Shown here one piece after another: positions 8,974 to 19,300 of a DNA stretch of 64,000 nucleotides. The notes beneath the pieces were generated by a model. That model had not been told where the DNA came from. It did no database searches and was given only the letters and a program-made list of their open reading frames with translations. The stretch comes from an uncultured Acidobacteriota bacterium (GTDB lineage Bacteria; Acidobacteriota; Thermoanaerobaculia; Gp7-AA8). The first letter of the stretch is position 1, and each line of letters starts with the position of its first letter. Where the stretch lies: NCBI GenBank assembly GCA_963822445.1, contig CAWGHO010000002.1, forward strand, positions 1,824,001 to 1,888,000, written 5' to 3'. The position numbers and the translations under genes are program-made.

Positions 8974-9339
8974 ATGCCTCTCGATCTCGACGGCCTGCAG
9001 GTCGCGTACCTCGGCGTAGCGCTCGCGCATTATCTCGACCTCGAGACCGGCGACATCATCGACATTCCGCTCGACGACCCTCCACCCGGCGACGAGTCGC
9101 GTTACCTGCGCATCCCCACGCATACGCCCGAGTCCGACGCCGCGGACCGCCGGATTTTCGTGGAGAAGATGGAGTTCTCCACGCTCCGCAGCCGGCTGGC
9201 GCAACTTGTCGACGACCCGCTCGCGTTCCGCGCCGCGATCTCCGAGGACCTGCGCGTTCAGCGGCAGTTCTTCAATTTCAGGAACGATCAGGCGACGAAG
9301 GCGATCGAGGAGTGGGTGGCCGCGGAAGGGCTGTCCTAG
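8974..9339 (+). CDS. UPF0158-like protein
   Basis: HYLDLETGDII, RYLRIP and acidic helical pattern ending EWVAAEGL typical of UPF0158. Confidence 0.7.
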   Translation: MPLDLDGLQVAYLGVALAHYLDLETGDIIDIPLDDPPPGDESRYLRIPTHTPESDAADRRIFVEKMEFSTLRSRLAQLVDDPLAFRAAISEDLRVQRQFFNFRNDQATKAIEEWVAAEGLS

Positions 9340-10976
9340 CTCCGGCTGACCACCAGCACCGTCACGTCGTCATCCAGCGCCTCGGGATCCCCGCCGACGT
9401 GATTGAGCACCGTGTCGTGCAGGGCTTCGCTGATCTTCGACGCGTTCGAGCCGTGCAGTGCCTTCAGCGAGTCGCCGAGGAGCTTGGCGTCGAGGTCGAC
9501 GTCGTCCGCGTTGCGCGCTTCGGTCACGCCGTCGGTGTAGAGAATCAGCGAGTCGCCGGGCGCGAGCTGCAGGGTGCGATTGCTGAACTCCGCCCGGGAG
9601 ATGACGCCCAGCAGCAGATCGCTTTCGTTCAGTTCGACCGCTTCCCCTTTGCGCAGCCAGAGCGGCGGCGTGTGGCCGGCATTCACGTAGTCGACGATGC
9701 CCGTTGTCGTGTCGAGGCGGCCCAGGAAGAGCGTCACGAACTTCGACTGCGGGAGGTTTTCCTTCAGCGTGAGATTGAGCTGCTTCACCAGCGTCGCCGG
9801 ATCGGGATCGGTCTTCGAGAAGATGCGGAAGGCGACCTGCAGGCCGGCCATCATCAGGCCCGCGGTGACGCCTTTTCCGCTCACGTCACCGATGACGAAG
9901 TAGATCTTCCCGTCGGGACGGACCGCGAAGTCGTAGTAGTCGCCACTGACCGTGCGGCAGGGCTGATTGCGGCCGACGAACGTCCAGCCTTCGATGCCTT
10001 TCGGCGATTCGGGGAGAAGCCTGCGCTGGATGCTCGAGGCGGTGCGCAGCTCCTCGTCCATGATCCGTTTCTGAATCGCTTCCTCGCGCAGGCGCGTCGT
10101 TTCCAGCTTGATCGCCGCGAAACGGCCGATCTGGGCGACGAGTCGCACGTCTTCTTCGGAGATCGATCGCTGGGTGAACAGGTAGTCGACATACAGCACG
10201 CCGACGACCGCGTTACCGATCATCAGCGGCGCGCAGAGGATCGAGTGGATGCCCTGCATGACGATCGATTGCGCGCGGCTCAATTTGTCGTCCATGCCGA
10301 CGTCGATGAAGGCGAGCGCTTTCTTCTCTTCGACGATGTCGTTCAGCAGGGTGTGGCTGATGGTCAGCTCGCTGGCGTCGCTCTCGTCCTGCCGCCGCAC
10401 TTCGACCTTGGTGAAGGAGCGGCCGTCCGTGCCGAGGAGGGCGATAGCCGCGCGCGACGGGTGGAGATGCTCCATGACCCTCTCGATGATGAAGCCGAAG
10501 AGCTCGTCCATCGGACGGTCTTCGATGAGCTCGCGGGCGAGGAGAGTCAGGGTCTGAAGCCGCGACACATCCTGCGCTTCGGGGCGATCGGAAATGTCGT
10601 GAACGGGGATGGCGATGGTGGGGCTGGCCGTGGTCTGGGCGACGGCGAGAAGCTTGTCGGTGTTGCGCTCGGCGGTTTCGAACACGATTTCCGTGTCGCC
10701 GAGGCGGATGCGGTCGCCGCCTTTGAGGAGCTCGTCGCGCTCCACGCGCGAGCCGTTCAGGTACGTGCCGTTCGCGCTGCCCAGATCCTTGAGCATCCAG
10801 GCCGTGCCGACGGCGATGATCTCTGCGTGTTTACGGGAGAGGTAACGGTCTTTGATGGGGATCGAGCAATCCGCGGCCCGGCCGATCGAGACGGCGCTTC
10901 CTTCCAATGGCTGGCGGAAGGGGGAGAAAAGCGGCGAATAGACGGTAACTTCCGCAGGGGGCGGGACGGATTGCAT
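9336..10976 (-). CDS. FHA-GAF-SpoIIE (PP2C) Ser/Thr phosphatase
   Basis: FHA (IGR...SRKHA...DLGSANGT), GAF (SILCAPL...VGVLYVD), PP2C (SGDYYD, IGDVSGKG, YTDGVTE, DDVT); ATG at 10976. Confidence 0.92.
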   Translation of the reverse strand: MQSVPPPAEVTVYSPLFSPFRQPLEGSAVSIGRAADCSIPIKDRYLSRKHAEIIAVGTAWMLKDLGSANGTYLNGSRVERDELLKGGDRIRLGDTEIVFETAERNTDKLLAVAQTTASPTIAIPVHDISDRPEAQDVSRLQTLTLLARELIEDRPMDELFGFIIERVMEHLHPSRAAIALLGTDGRSFTKVEVRRQDESDASELTISHTLLNDIVEEKKALAFIDVGMDDKLSRAQSIVMQGIHSILCAPLMIGNAVVGVLYVDYLFTQRSISEEDVRLVAQIGRFAAIKLETTRLREEAIQKRIMDEELRTASSIQRRLLPESPKGIEGWTFVGRNQPCRTVSGDYYDFAVRPDGKIYFVIGDVSGKGVTAGLMMAGLQVAFRIFSKTDPDPATLVKQLNLTLKENLPQSKFVTLFLGRLDTTTGIVDYVNAGHTPPLWLRKGEAVELNESDLLLGVISRAEFSNRTLQLAPGDSLILYTDGVTEARNADDVDLDAKLLGDSLKALHGSNASKISEALHDTVLNHVGGDPEALDDDVTVLVVSRS

Positions 10977-11031
10977 GCAGGGCTCCAGGGACCGTGAGCG
11001 AGAATTGTAGCTGATCGCACGGTTACGGAAC

Positions 11032-11595
11032 ATGTCGGCCGATTACTTCATAGACATCGAAGCGCACTTCGCTCAGCGTCGCGGCACGCCGTTCGTGCTG
11101 TCGGCGAAGGACTGGGCGCTCATGAAGGAATGGCACGACGGCGGGGTCCCGCTGCCGGTGGTCATCGAAGCCATCGACTCGGTTTTCGACAAGCAGGACG
11201 GCAAAGGACGGAAGGTCAACGGCTTGCGCTACTGCCGCCACGCCGTGAAGGAGCTCTGGGACGAGCGCCGCGAGCTGCAGATCGGAGCCGCGGAAGCCGC
11301 GCCGGAGGAGAACGCCGAGGCGCTGCTCGAGGACCTGGCGAATGCCGTTCCCGAGGTGTTCGCGGATCGCGTTCGGGAGCTGGCGAAGGAGAAGAGCGTT
11401 CCCCGAATCGAGGAGCGGCTGATCGAGCTCGAACAGGAGCTGCTGTCGTCACTGGCGTCGGATGAGATTCGGGCGGAAGCGCGAGCGCTCGCGGCGGGCG
11501 CGGATGATAAGACGCGCGCGCGCACCGAGGAGGCGACGCTGCGAAGGCTGGTGCGGGAGCGATTCGGATTGCCGCGGTTGACGTTGTTCAGGTGA
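11032..11595 (+). CDS. Hypothetical protein with DnaD-like N-terminal helical domain
   Basis: Good codon bias; LSAKDWALMKEW...PLPVVIEAID...LRYCRHAVKELW resembles the DnaD/DnaB_2 pattern. Confidence 0.6.
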   Translation: MSADYFIDIEAHFAQRRGTPFVLSAKDWALMKEWHDGGVPLPVVIEAIDSVFDKQDGKGRKVNGLRYCRHAVKELWDERRELQIGAAEAAPEENAEALLEDLANAVPEVFADRVRELAKEKSVPRIEERLIELEQELLSSLASDEIRAEARALAAGADDKTRARTEEATLRRLVRERFGLPRLTLFR

Positions 11596-11684
11596 TGGAG
11601 TGCGGCGGCTCTGCCGCCGCTTTGGCATGCGCCGGAGGCGCGCTCCGCGCGCTGTGAAAGCGGCGGCAGAGCCGCCGCACTCCA
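11596..11684. repeat. GGAG-type REP-like inverted-repeat doublet
   Basis: Perfect 28-bp IR TGGAGTGCGGCGGCTCTGCCGCCGCTTT (11596-11623) / 11657-11684 between convergent stops. Confidence 0.9.
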
Positions 11685-11686
11685 AG

Positions 11687-12958
11687 CTATCGCAAAGCCT
11701 TCGCCACCTGCTCCAGTGCCCGCGCCGCCTCCCGCCCGGTGACCGTCGCGTCCGCGGGCACGGCGATCTCCGGATCGGCGACGCCGCAGGCCGCGAGCAC
11801 GTTGTCCTGGGGGATTCCCCGCGCGCACGAGGCCCCGCGCAGTTGCAGAACACGGGCGAGATGCGTCGACAGCCGAGACGCCGTGACGATGCGGCCGGGA
11901 CCGACGCGCCGCGTCACCGGATCGACGTCGAACAGGCCGATGGCGATGGCGCGGATGATCTCTTCGCGTCCGGCCACGTTCTCGATGTCGATGGCGATGG
12001 GCGGGGTGGCGAGATTGCGCGCGAAACGGACCGAGGGAACGGTCCAGTAAAGCAGCACGGCCAGATCGGCGCGGGTGATGGCCTGGCTCTCGAGTGCGCG
12101 CCGGAACTCGGGGGGCATGTTGGCCATGCTCCACTCTTCCTTGATCTCATCGAGGCGCGCCGAATACCGCGGCTCTTTCGTCCTGCGCGCGAGACGGTCG
12201 TAGCGGATGATCGCTTCCTGGTACCGGCCGCGGCCGACGTCGATCTCGGCGAGGATCTCCTGCACCGCGGGACGATCGACTTCGCCCGTGTCGAGCACCG
12301 GCTCGAGCTCGCGACGGGCTTCCTCGAATTGCCGCTGGCTCACGAGCTTCCCGGCGAGCATGACCCGCACGTCGATCGCCGCGGCGTTGTAAATCAGGGC
12401 CTCGCGCAGCAACCGCACGGCCTCGGCATCCGAAGCCGCCGCCGCCGCGGCCACCCGCTCGTTGAACAACGTTGCCTGCAGCGCGTTGAGGCGCTCGTTG
12501 ACGAACGCGGGAACGCCCGGCTTGCCGACCAGATCGCGATACAGCTCATACGCGGCGCGGGTGTCCTCGCGGCGCATGGCGATCTCCGCCTCGTACAGCC
12601 GCGGCGTGATCCATTCCGGCGATTGCTGCCGCGCGGTTGCAACGGCAACAGCCGCAGCGTCCAGGTTTCCGCTCCGGATCTCCAGCGCCGCCTCGGCCAG
12701 CAGAGCCGGCGCGTAATCCGGGTTCTTCATCCGGATGTCGGCGATGCGGCGGCGGGCTTCGCTTTCATTGCCGGCCAGGGCGTATCGCCACGCGGCGTCG
12801 AACTGTGCCGGCGCGGGGGCGTCGTAGCCGGTGCGGGGGTCGACCAGGAAGCGGTCGGCGCCCTGCGGCTCGGCGACCGGCGGCGGTGGAGCAGTCGTCG
12901 TACACGCGGCAAGCGCGATCGCTGCCGCGAGCAGCATCAGATGTCTGGTTCTCGTCAA
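11687..12958 (-). CDS. TPR-repeat lipoprotein with SLH-like C-terminal region
   Basis: Lipobox LAAC; TPR-like helices; AITRADLAVLL...IIRAIAIGLFD...VTGREAARAL resemble SLH repeats. Confidence 0.7.
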   Translation of the reverse strand: MTRTRHLMLLAAAIALAACTTTAPPPPVAEPQGADRFLVDPRTGYDAPAPAQFDAAWRYALAGNESEARRRIADIRMKNPDYAPALLAEAALEIRSGNLDAAAVAVATARQQSPEWITPRLYEAEIAMRREDTRAAYELYRDLVGKPGVPAFVNERLNALQATLFNERVAAAAAASDAEAVRLLREALIYNAAAIDVRVMLAGKLVSQRQFEEARRELEPVLDTGEVDRPAVQEILAEIDVGRGRYQEAIIRYDRLARRTKEPRYSARLDEIKEEWSMANMPPEFRRALESQAITRADLAVLLYWTVPSVRFARNLATPPIAIDIENVAGREEIIRAIAIGLFDVDPVTRRVGPGRIVTASRLSTHLARVLQLRGASCARGIPQDNVLAACGVADPEIAVPADATVTGREAARALEQVAKALR

Positions 12959-13851
12959 CTCAATCCCTCGATCAATTGCAAGGCTTCATCGGGCGAGGCG
13001 ATCCACTGCATGTTTCGCTCCGACCTCAGCCACGTCAGTTGCCGTTTTGCGTACGCGCGCGTCCGCCGTCTGGTTTCAGCGATTGCCTGCGGCTCGTTCA
13101 TCTCGCCGCGCACCACCGCGGCGGCCTCTTTGTATCCGATCGTGCCGAAGGGCCGGGCCGTGGCCGGATAGCGATTCAGCAGTGCGCGCGTCTCCTCGAT
13201 CAGGCCGGCGTTGTACATCGAGTCGACCCGCGCGTCGAGAGCGGGGCCGAGGCGTTGCCGATCGACTGCGAGACCGATTTTGATCGACGGCAATTCGTCT
13301 TCGACATTCCGTTCCCACGTCGAGATGGGCCGCCCGCTCGTCAGCCAGACTTCAAGCGCGCGCTCGACGCGATGACGGTCGCCGGCCGCAATCCGCTCGC
13401 CGCTGACCGGATCGACGCGGCGCAGCCAGCGATGGAGGCGCTCCGGACCGCGCGGCCTCGAAGCAATGCGGCTGATTCGTTCGCGCACTTCATCGTTCCG
13501 GCCGGGCATCTCCGGCAGACCGCTGAGGAGCGCGCGAAGGTAGAAGAACGTGCCGCCGGCGAGGATGGCCCTGCGGCCGCGCGCGTGAATGTCGTCGCAC
13601 ACCTGTCGCGCGGCGGCGCCGTAATCCGCGGCGTTGAACTCCTGGTCCGCTTCGACGATGTCGAAAAGGTGATGCGGCACGAGCGATCGCTCTTCGCGCG
13701 ACGGTTTGGCGCTGCCGATGTCGAAGCCGCGGTAGATCTGCACGGAGTCGTAGTTCACGATCTCGCCGCCAACGGACCGCGCGATGTGGAGTGCCAGCGC
13801 GGATTTTCCGGCGCCGGTCGGGCCGGCGATGACGATCAGCTTCGCCGTCAC
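12955..13851 (-). CDS. miaA: tRNA dimethylallyltransferase
   Basis: IAGPTGAGKS, DSVQIYRGFDIGSAKP, GGTFFY, IGYKE, YAKRQLTW; GTG at 13851. Confidence 0.95.
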   Translation of the reverse strand: MTAKLIVIAGPTGAGKSALALHIARSVGGEIVNYDSVQIYRGFDIGSAKPSREERSLVPHHLFDIVEADQEFNAADYGAAARQVCDDIHARGRRAILAGGTFFYLRALLSGLPEMPGRNDEVRERISRIASRPRGPERLHRWLRRVDPVSGERIAAGDRHRVERALEVWLTSGRPISTWERNVEDELPSIKIGLAVDRQRLGPALDARVDSMYNAGLIEETRALLNRYPATARPFGTIGYKEAAAVVRGEMNEPQAIAETRRRTRAYAKRQLTWLRSERNMQWIASPDEALQLIEGLS

Positions 13852-14171
13852 CGGATACGCGTCTGGTGCGTCTTGGCGTCTTCCTCGCTCAAGATCGAGC
13901 GGAGGTGCGCGCGGCAGTAGATGGCGCCCGGCGGGATCGGTGTGCGGCAAACCTGACAGCGGTTTTTCGCGACGACCTTGGCGCCCTTGCCGAGGATGCG
14001 CACGACGATGCCGGCGATGATGAGGATGCCCGCCAGCACCATGGCCTGCTGGAGCAGCGAGGTCTCGATCATGTCCGCGATCGGCTGGTCCGCGTAGCTC
14101 GCGTCGATCACGTACAGCACGAGAACGAGTATGAGAATCCAGAGGCCCAGCCGCAGCAGCGTCGTCGACAT
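13848..14171 (-). CDS. Small membrane protein with C-terminal zinc ribbon
   Basis: ATG 14171; two TM helices then CQVCRTPIPPGAIYCRAH; its stop overlaps the miaA start. Confidence 0.75.
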   Translation of the reverse strand: MSTTLLRLGLWILILVLVLYVIDASYADQPIADMIETSLLQQAMVLAGILIIAGIVVRILGKGAKVVAKNRCQVCRTPIPPGAIYCRAHLRSILSEEDAKTHQTRIR

Positions 14172-14188
14172 GGTCTGAAGCGCTAACT

Positions 14189-16285
14189 CTAGTCCTTTCG
14201 GGAGGTAACGTACAAACGTCCGTCGCGGATCTCGAGGTCGATCGAGCCGCTGCGGTCGGTTCTCCAGGTGCGGATCCGGCGTTCGTCCAGCTCGGCGAGA
14301 ACGGACGGATGGGGGTGGCCGAACAGATTGCGCCGCCCGCAGGAGATGACTGCCAGGCGCGGCTGCACGGCGTCCAGAAACCGCGGCCGCGTGGAGCTTT
14401 TGCTGCCGTGATGGGCGATTTTCAGTACGTCCGCGCGCAGGTCGCGATCCGACAGGACGATCTCCGCTTCGGCCTCGATGTCGCCGGTCAGCAGAATGCG
14501 ACGGCCGCCGCTCTCCAGGCGGAGGACGATCGAGGCGTTGTTCTCCGGCGCGCGGCGGAAATTGCGATCGGCGACCATGGCCGTCATGCGGATCCCGTCG
14601 ATCGATTTCGTATCGCCGTCCCGAACGAGATGAATCGGCGGGCGCATGGCCAGGAGACGCGTTGCGCAGGGTCCGCGGAAACGGTGCGGCGAGATCCAGA
14701 GCTCGCGGACGCGGAGCTGTTCGATCACCGGAACGAGTCCGCCGCAGTGATCGGGATGCGCGTGCGTGAGGACGACCGTGTCGATGCGCCTGATGCCGCG
14801 ATCGGCGAGCATCGGAACGATCCGCGCGTCCATCCCGCCGTCGACGAGGATCGTGCGGGCTCCGCTCCTGATGACGATGGCGTCGCCCTGGCCGACATCG
14901 AGAAACGTGACTCGCGGATGCGGGACATGACTCGCAGTCGCCGAACGAACGATCGCCGCGATCGTCGGAATCAGGAGTGCAGCCGCGATGGCCAACGCTC
15001 TCGCGCGGCCACGCACCAAAGCCAACGCAAGAAGCGCCGCGAATCCGCCGAAGATCATGGCCGCGAGCGGCGGAGCCGCGAACGCACCGGAGAAGCCGAA
15101 GGCGTTGAAGATCGTGCAGACCCGGTGCAGCGCGCCGATCACCGCGAACACGGTCGCGTGCGGAACCGCGCAGGCGACTGCAGAGACGACGAGCATCGCG
15201 AAGATCAGCGGCGACATGGCCACGGTCAGCAGCGATCCGCCGAGCGCGTACTGATGAAAATGAAAGAGGGTCAGCGGAGCGATGGCGATCTCGATCGTCA
15301 GCGGCTTGGTGATCCACCGTTTGCCGAGAAACAGCAGTGCGCCGGCGCCCGCGTACGTGAGATGAAACGACGCGTCGGTGAGATCGCGCGGCTCGACCAT
15401 CAATCGAAGCAACGCGGCCACACACCACAAGTTTTCGACGGAAGTCGGCCGTTTGATGATGCGAGAAATCGCGTAGAGGCCGATGCCGAGACTGGCGCGC
15501 GACACGGAGGGTGTCGGCCCGATGAACAGCGGCGCGACGATCGCGAAGGTCAGCAGCAGCCAGTCCGACGCGCGTGGCGCGTGCAGCCAGCGGAGCAGGG
15601 CACCGAGCAGCGCGGCGGCGAGGGCGATCTGCAATCCGGAGAAGACGAGCAGGTGATACGTCCCGCCGCGCCGGAAACTCGCCCGCATTTCCTCGGTCAG
15701 CCGCTCGCCCCGTCCCAGCAGCAGTGCCTGGGCAAGCGCAACCTCGGTCGGATGGTCCGCCGCATGCCGTTCCAGCCGGTTGGCGAGCATCCGGTTCCAG
15801 GCCGCCGGCGCGAACGGCGACAGCCGCCCTTCGTACGCGAGCAGTTGCGGCGCCTTGATCGAGACCGTGTGCTGCCCGCGATCGTTGACGCGCAGAAATC
15901 CTTCCGCGCGCAGCGACTTCTCCATCGCGATCTCCGGAGGCTCGAACCGCGCGTAAACGGCGATCGGCGCATCGACCTCGACGCCGTTCGCGCGAAATCG
16001 CGACGCGCGCAACAGGAACGAGCCGTCGCGCTCGGCCCAGTCACGATCGAGCGGCGCTTCGATGACGACGAAGCGATCGGGATCGAACGGCGGCGACGCG
16101 ATGGGACGCGGCGCCAGCGCCAGACCGGCCGCGCAGAAGAGCGCGAGGACGGTGGCTGGTCTGTACAACAAACCAATCGCAATCAACGCGACGATCGTGA
16201 ATCGCGGATGCACGAGCACCGGCGCGAGGGCCAGTCCGGCAACGAACGAAATCAGTGGAAGTGCAGCAGGAACTTTGTTGGGCAA
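14189..16285 (-). CDS. comEC: ComEC/Rec2 DNA-uptake channel
   Basis: GTYHLLVFSGLQ, PSVSRA, ASFHLTY competence domain; metallo-beta-lactamase domain FLDVGQGD, THAHPDH, LTGD, HHGS; start uncertain. Confidence 0.9.
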   Translation of the reverse strand: MPNKVPAALPLISFVAGLALAPVLVHPRFTIVALIAIGLLYRPATVLALFCAAGLALAPRPIASPPFDPDRFVVIEAPLDRDWAERDGSFLLRASRFRANGVEVDAPIAVYARFEPPEIAMEKSLRAEGFLRVNDRGQHTVSIKAPQLLAYEGRLSPFAPAAWNRMLANRLERHAADHPTEVALAQALLLGRGERLTEEMRASFRRGGTYHLLVFSGLQIALAAALLGALLRWLHAPRASDWLLLTFAIVAPLFIGPTPSVSRASLGIGLYAISRIIKRPTSVENLWCVAALLRLMVEPRDLTDASFHLTYAGAGALLFLGKRWITKPLTIEIAIAPLTLFHFHQYALGGSLLTVAMSPLIFAMLVVSAVACAVPHATVFAVIGALHRVCTIFNAFGFSGAFAAPPLAAMIFGGFAALLALALVRGRARALAIAAALLIPTIAAIVRSATASHVPHPRVTFLDVGQGDAIVIRSGARTILVDGGMDARIVPMLADRGIRRIDTVVLTHAHPDHCGGLVPVIEQLRVRELWISPHRFRGPCATRLLAMRPPIHLVRDGDTKSIDGIRMTAMVADRNFRRAPENNASIVLRLESGGRRILLTGDIEAEAEIVLSDRDLRADVLKIAHHGSKSSTRPRFLDAVQPRLAVISCGRRNLFGHPHPSVLAELDERRIRTWRTDRSGSIDLEIRDGRLYVTSRKD

Positions 16286-16368
16286 GCACGCGGAGGAAGA
16301 GCTTCGTGAAGGGCTCGGGGAGAGCCGGCTCGCGTGGGACGGGAAGTATACTTCGGGCCTTCACTCCC

Positions 16369-19300
16369 ATGTCCACTGCAGCGTGTCCAACATGCGGCGG
16401 CAGCCTCGACGCCGAAACCGGCGTGTGCCCGCAGTGCACGACGCAGGTCAATTTGCGCTCCGGCGGAACACGAACCGAAACGGCGACCGTCGTCACTCCC
16501 CACGAACACACCGCGACCGAAACACCCGAGATCTCCGGCTATCGCGTGATCAACAGCCTCGGCGAAGGCGGCATGGGCGCCGTGTATCTCGCCGAGGAGA
16601 CGACGCTCGGGCGGCGGGTGGCGGTGAAGGTCATCTCCAGCCGCGTCGCGCCCGACGCACAGTCGAAAGCGCGATTCCTGCGCGAGGCGCGGACGCTCGC
16701 CACGATCGAGCACCCCCACGTCGTCCGCGTCTATTCATTCGGCGAAGTCGAAGGCCGTCCGTACCTGGCGATGGAGTACGTCGAAGGCGAGACGCTGATG
16801 GACCGCATCGCCCGCCTCGGCAAGCTCTCGATCGACGACGCGCTCCGCATCACCCGCGACATCGTTGATGCACTCGACGCGGCCTGGGACAAGCGCGTCA
16901 TCCACCGCGACATCAAGCCCTCGAACATCCTCATCGATCGTCGCAACCGCGTCCGCGTCGCCGACTTCGGCCTGGCCAAGCCGATGGACATCGACGAGAG
17001 CCAGAGCGCGCTGACGCTCAGCGGCCTGATGGTCGGAACGCCGCATTACATCTCGCCGGAACAGGCCCAGGGCAAGGAACTCGACTTCCGGTCCGACTTC
17101 TACTCGCTGGGAATCATGCTGTTTCACATGCTCACCGGCGAGCGGCCGTTTCAAGGCACGACGCCGGTGGCGATCGTGGCCAAGCACATTCACGAGCCGA
17201 TGCCGCTGGTCACGTCGCGGCGCGCCGACATCCCGTCCGCGATCGAGCGGCTCATTCAGTGGATGACGCAGAAGGACGCGGAGAAGCGCCCTGGCTCGCA
17301 TCAGGAACTGCTCGCGGCCATCGACGGCCTGATCACGCGCACGCCGACAGCGCCGATGCCGACGTTCACGTCGATGCCGATCGAAGCGCCGAGAAAACCC
17401 GCGCGGCGGCGAACGGTCATGGCGCTCGCCGTGCTGGTGATCGCGGCCATTGCCGCCGCGTCGGTTTTCATCTGGCGAAAAAAGGAGGAGCCGTTTCAAC
17501 TGGCCGCCCCGGAATTCGCGTTCATCGTCGCCGTCGCGCCGTTTTACGGGCCTGACGACGATTCGGCGAAGGAAGGCCGGGTCATGGCGGCCCTCATCGA
17601 GCGCGCCGTCGCCAACCGTCTCGGCAAAGGCGGCGCGCGCGTCCTCGGAATCGAGGAAACCAAAACCGCGGTGCGCTCGCATGACGAGGCCCGCGAGCTC
17701 GGAACGAAGCTACACGCCAGCGCGGTGATCTGGGGCGAGGCGTTCGCCCTCCGCACGGAAACGGAGATCCGGCCGTACGTGACGCTCGTCGCGCAGCCGA
17801 AGCTCGAGGCGCCGGCGAGAATCGGCCCCGATGCCCGCCTGCTGGCCGACACCCGGCTGGAGGCGACGGAGAATCTCGCCGACACCGGTGGCGCCGCGGT
17901 GAAGCTCGAGGCCGAGGCGCCGAATCAGATCGAGCTGCGGAAGACTTCCGCGTCGGGCATCGGCGACCTGGTCGTGCTGCTGGCCGGCATCCACGCGCTC
18001 GAGAACGAGAAGAACTACAGAAAAGCGCTCGACCTGTTCCGCCAGGCGCCGCGAACCGCGGAGACGTTGCGCTATGAAGTGCAGGCGCTGCTGCCGTCGA
18101 ATCGCCGCGAGGAAGCGCGCCAGACGCTCGAACAGGCCATCGCTCTCGATCCGAACGACGCTCCCAGTCACGCCCTCCTCGGCGACCTGCATCTCGCCGA
18201 AAACCGGATGGCCGAGGGCATCGCGGCCTATCAGCGGGCGGCGGCGTTGGGTCAGCCTTACGTGACGACGCGCGGCATCCTGCATGAGGGGAAGCTCTAC
18301 CTCCGGGAGACGTACAAGCACGAGTTTCAGAGCAGCGGAGAAGAGACCGACACGATGTTCCTGCTGGAGGTCGATCCCGCGACGCAGACCGTTCACGCGC
18401 GTCATTCGTTGCCGGGGACGATCACCTCGATGCGCACCGACGGAGACGCGCTGGTCATCGCCTACAACGGCGGAACGGACAACGAACCGGTTCCGGCCGA
18501 GCTGCGGCTGCGCAACGGCGCGTTCGACCGGCCGTACTGGCCGCCGCCGAGTCTTCTGTGGCGCGTTCGGTCACACCGCGGCGGGCGTGTCCTGTCCGGC
18601 AACTTCCTCGGCGAGATCGACAACATCCGCACGTACGGACAGCCGGGCGGCCGATTCGTCCTGCGGCCCGAACCGGCCGCGGATCTTCCGGCGACGCTGC
18701 CCGATCTGGAGCGCGCACTGCGCGCGGCGGCGCAACGCGATCCGACGCAGCCCTCGCACCTCTTCTTCCTGGCGATGACGTTGCGCGCGCAGAACCGGAT
18801 GGCCGAAGCGAACGCGGTTCTCGACGAGTTGATCCGCCGCGATTACCCCGGCGTGCCCTACTTCCACTACACCTGGATGCTGGGAACGCTCGAGCGCGTC
18901 GGCTACGGAGAATGGACCGACAGGCTTTATCCGAAAGCTCTGGCCGCGCGGCGCAAGCTTCCGCAGCAGCAGACTTTCTCGACCCTGATCGAGCGGCTGA
19001 TCAACGCCCAGTTCATCCGCCAGGCGGCATCGAATCGCAACGTTGCGCGCGGCTACGGCCTGCTGCTCAAGGCGCGGGAGCTCGTGGGAATCACGCCGGA
19101 GGGAGAGGATCTCGTCGCTGCGGCGTGGGCGAAGTATTTCGACGCGAAGGGCGATCGCGCACGCGCCGCGCACGAGCGCGAGGTGGTCCGCGTGACTCAC
19201 GCGCATCCGTTCAACTTCCTGGGCGCGATCGCGAAGGTCGATTACGCACTGACCGCGGCGGCGGCCACGCTCATCGGATTCGTACTGTTGTCGGTGTTCG

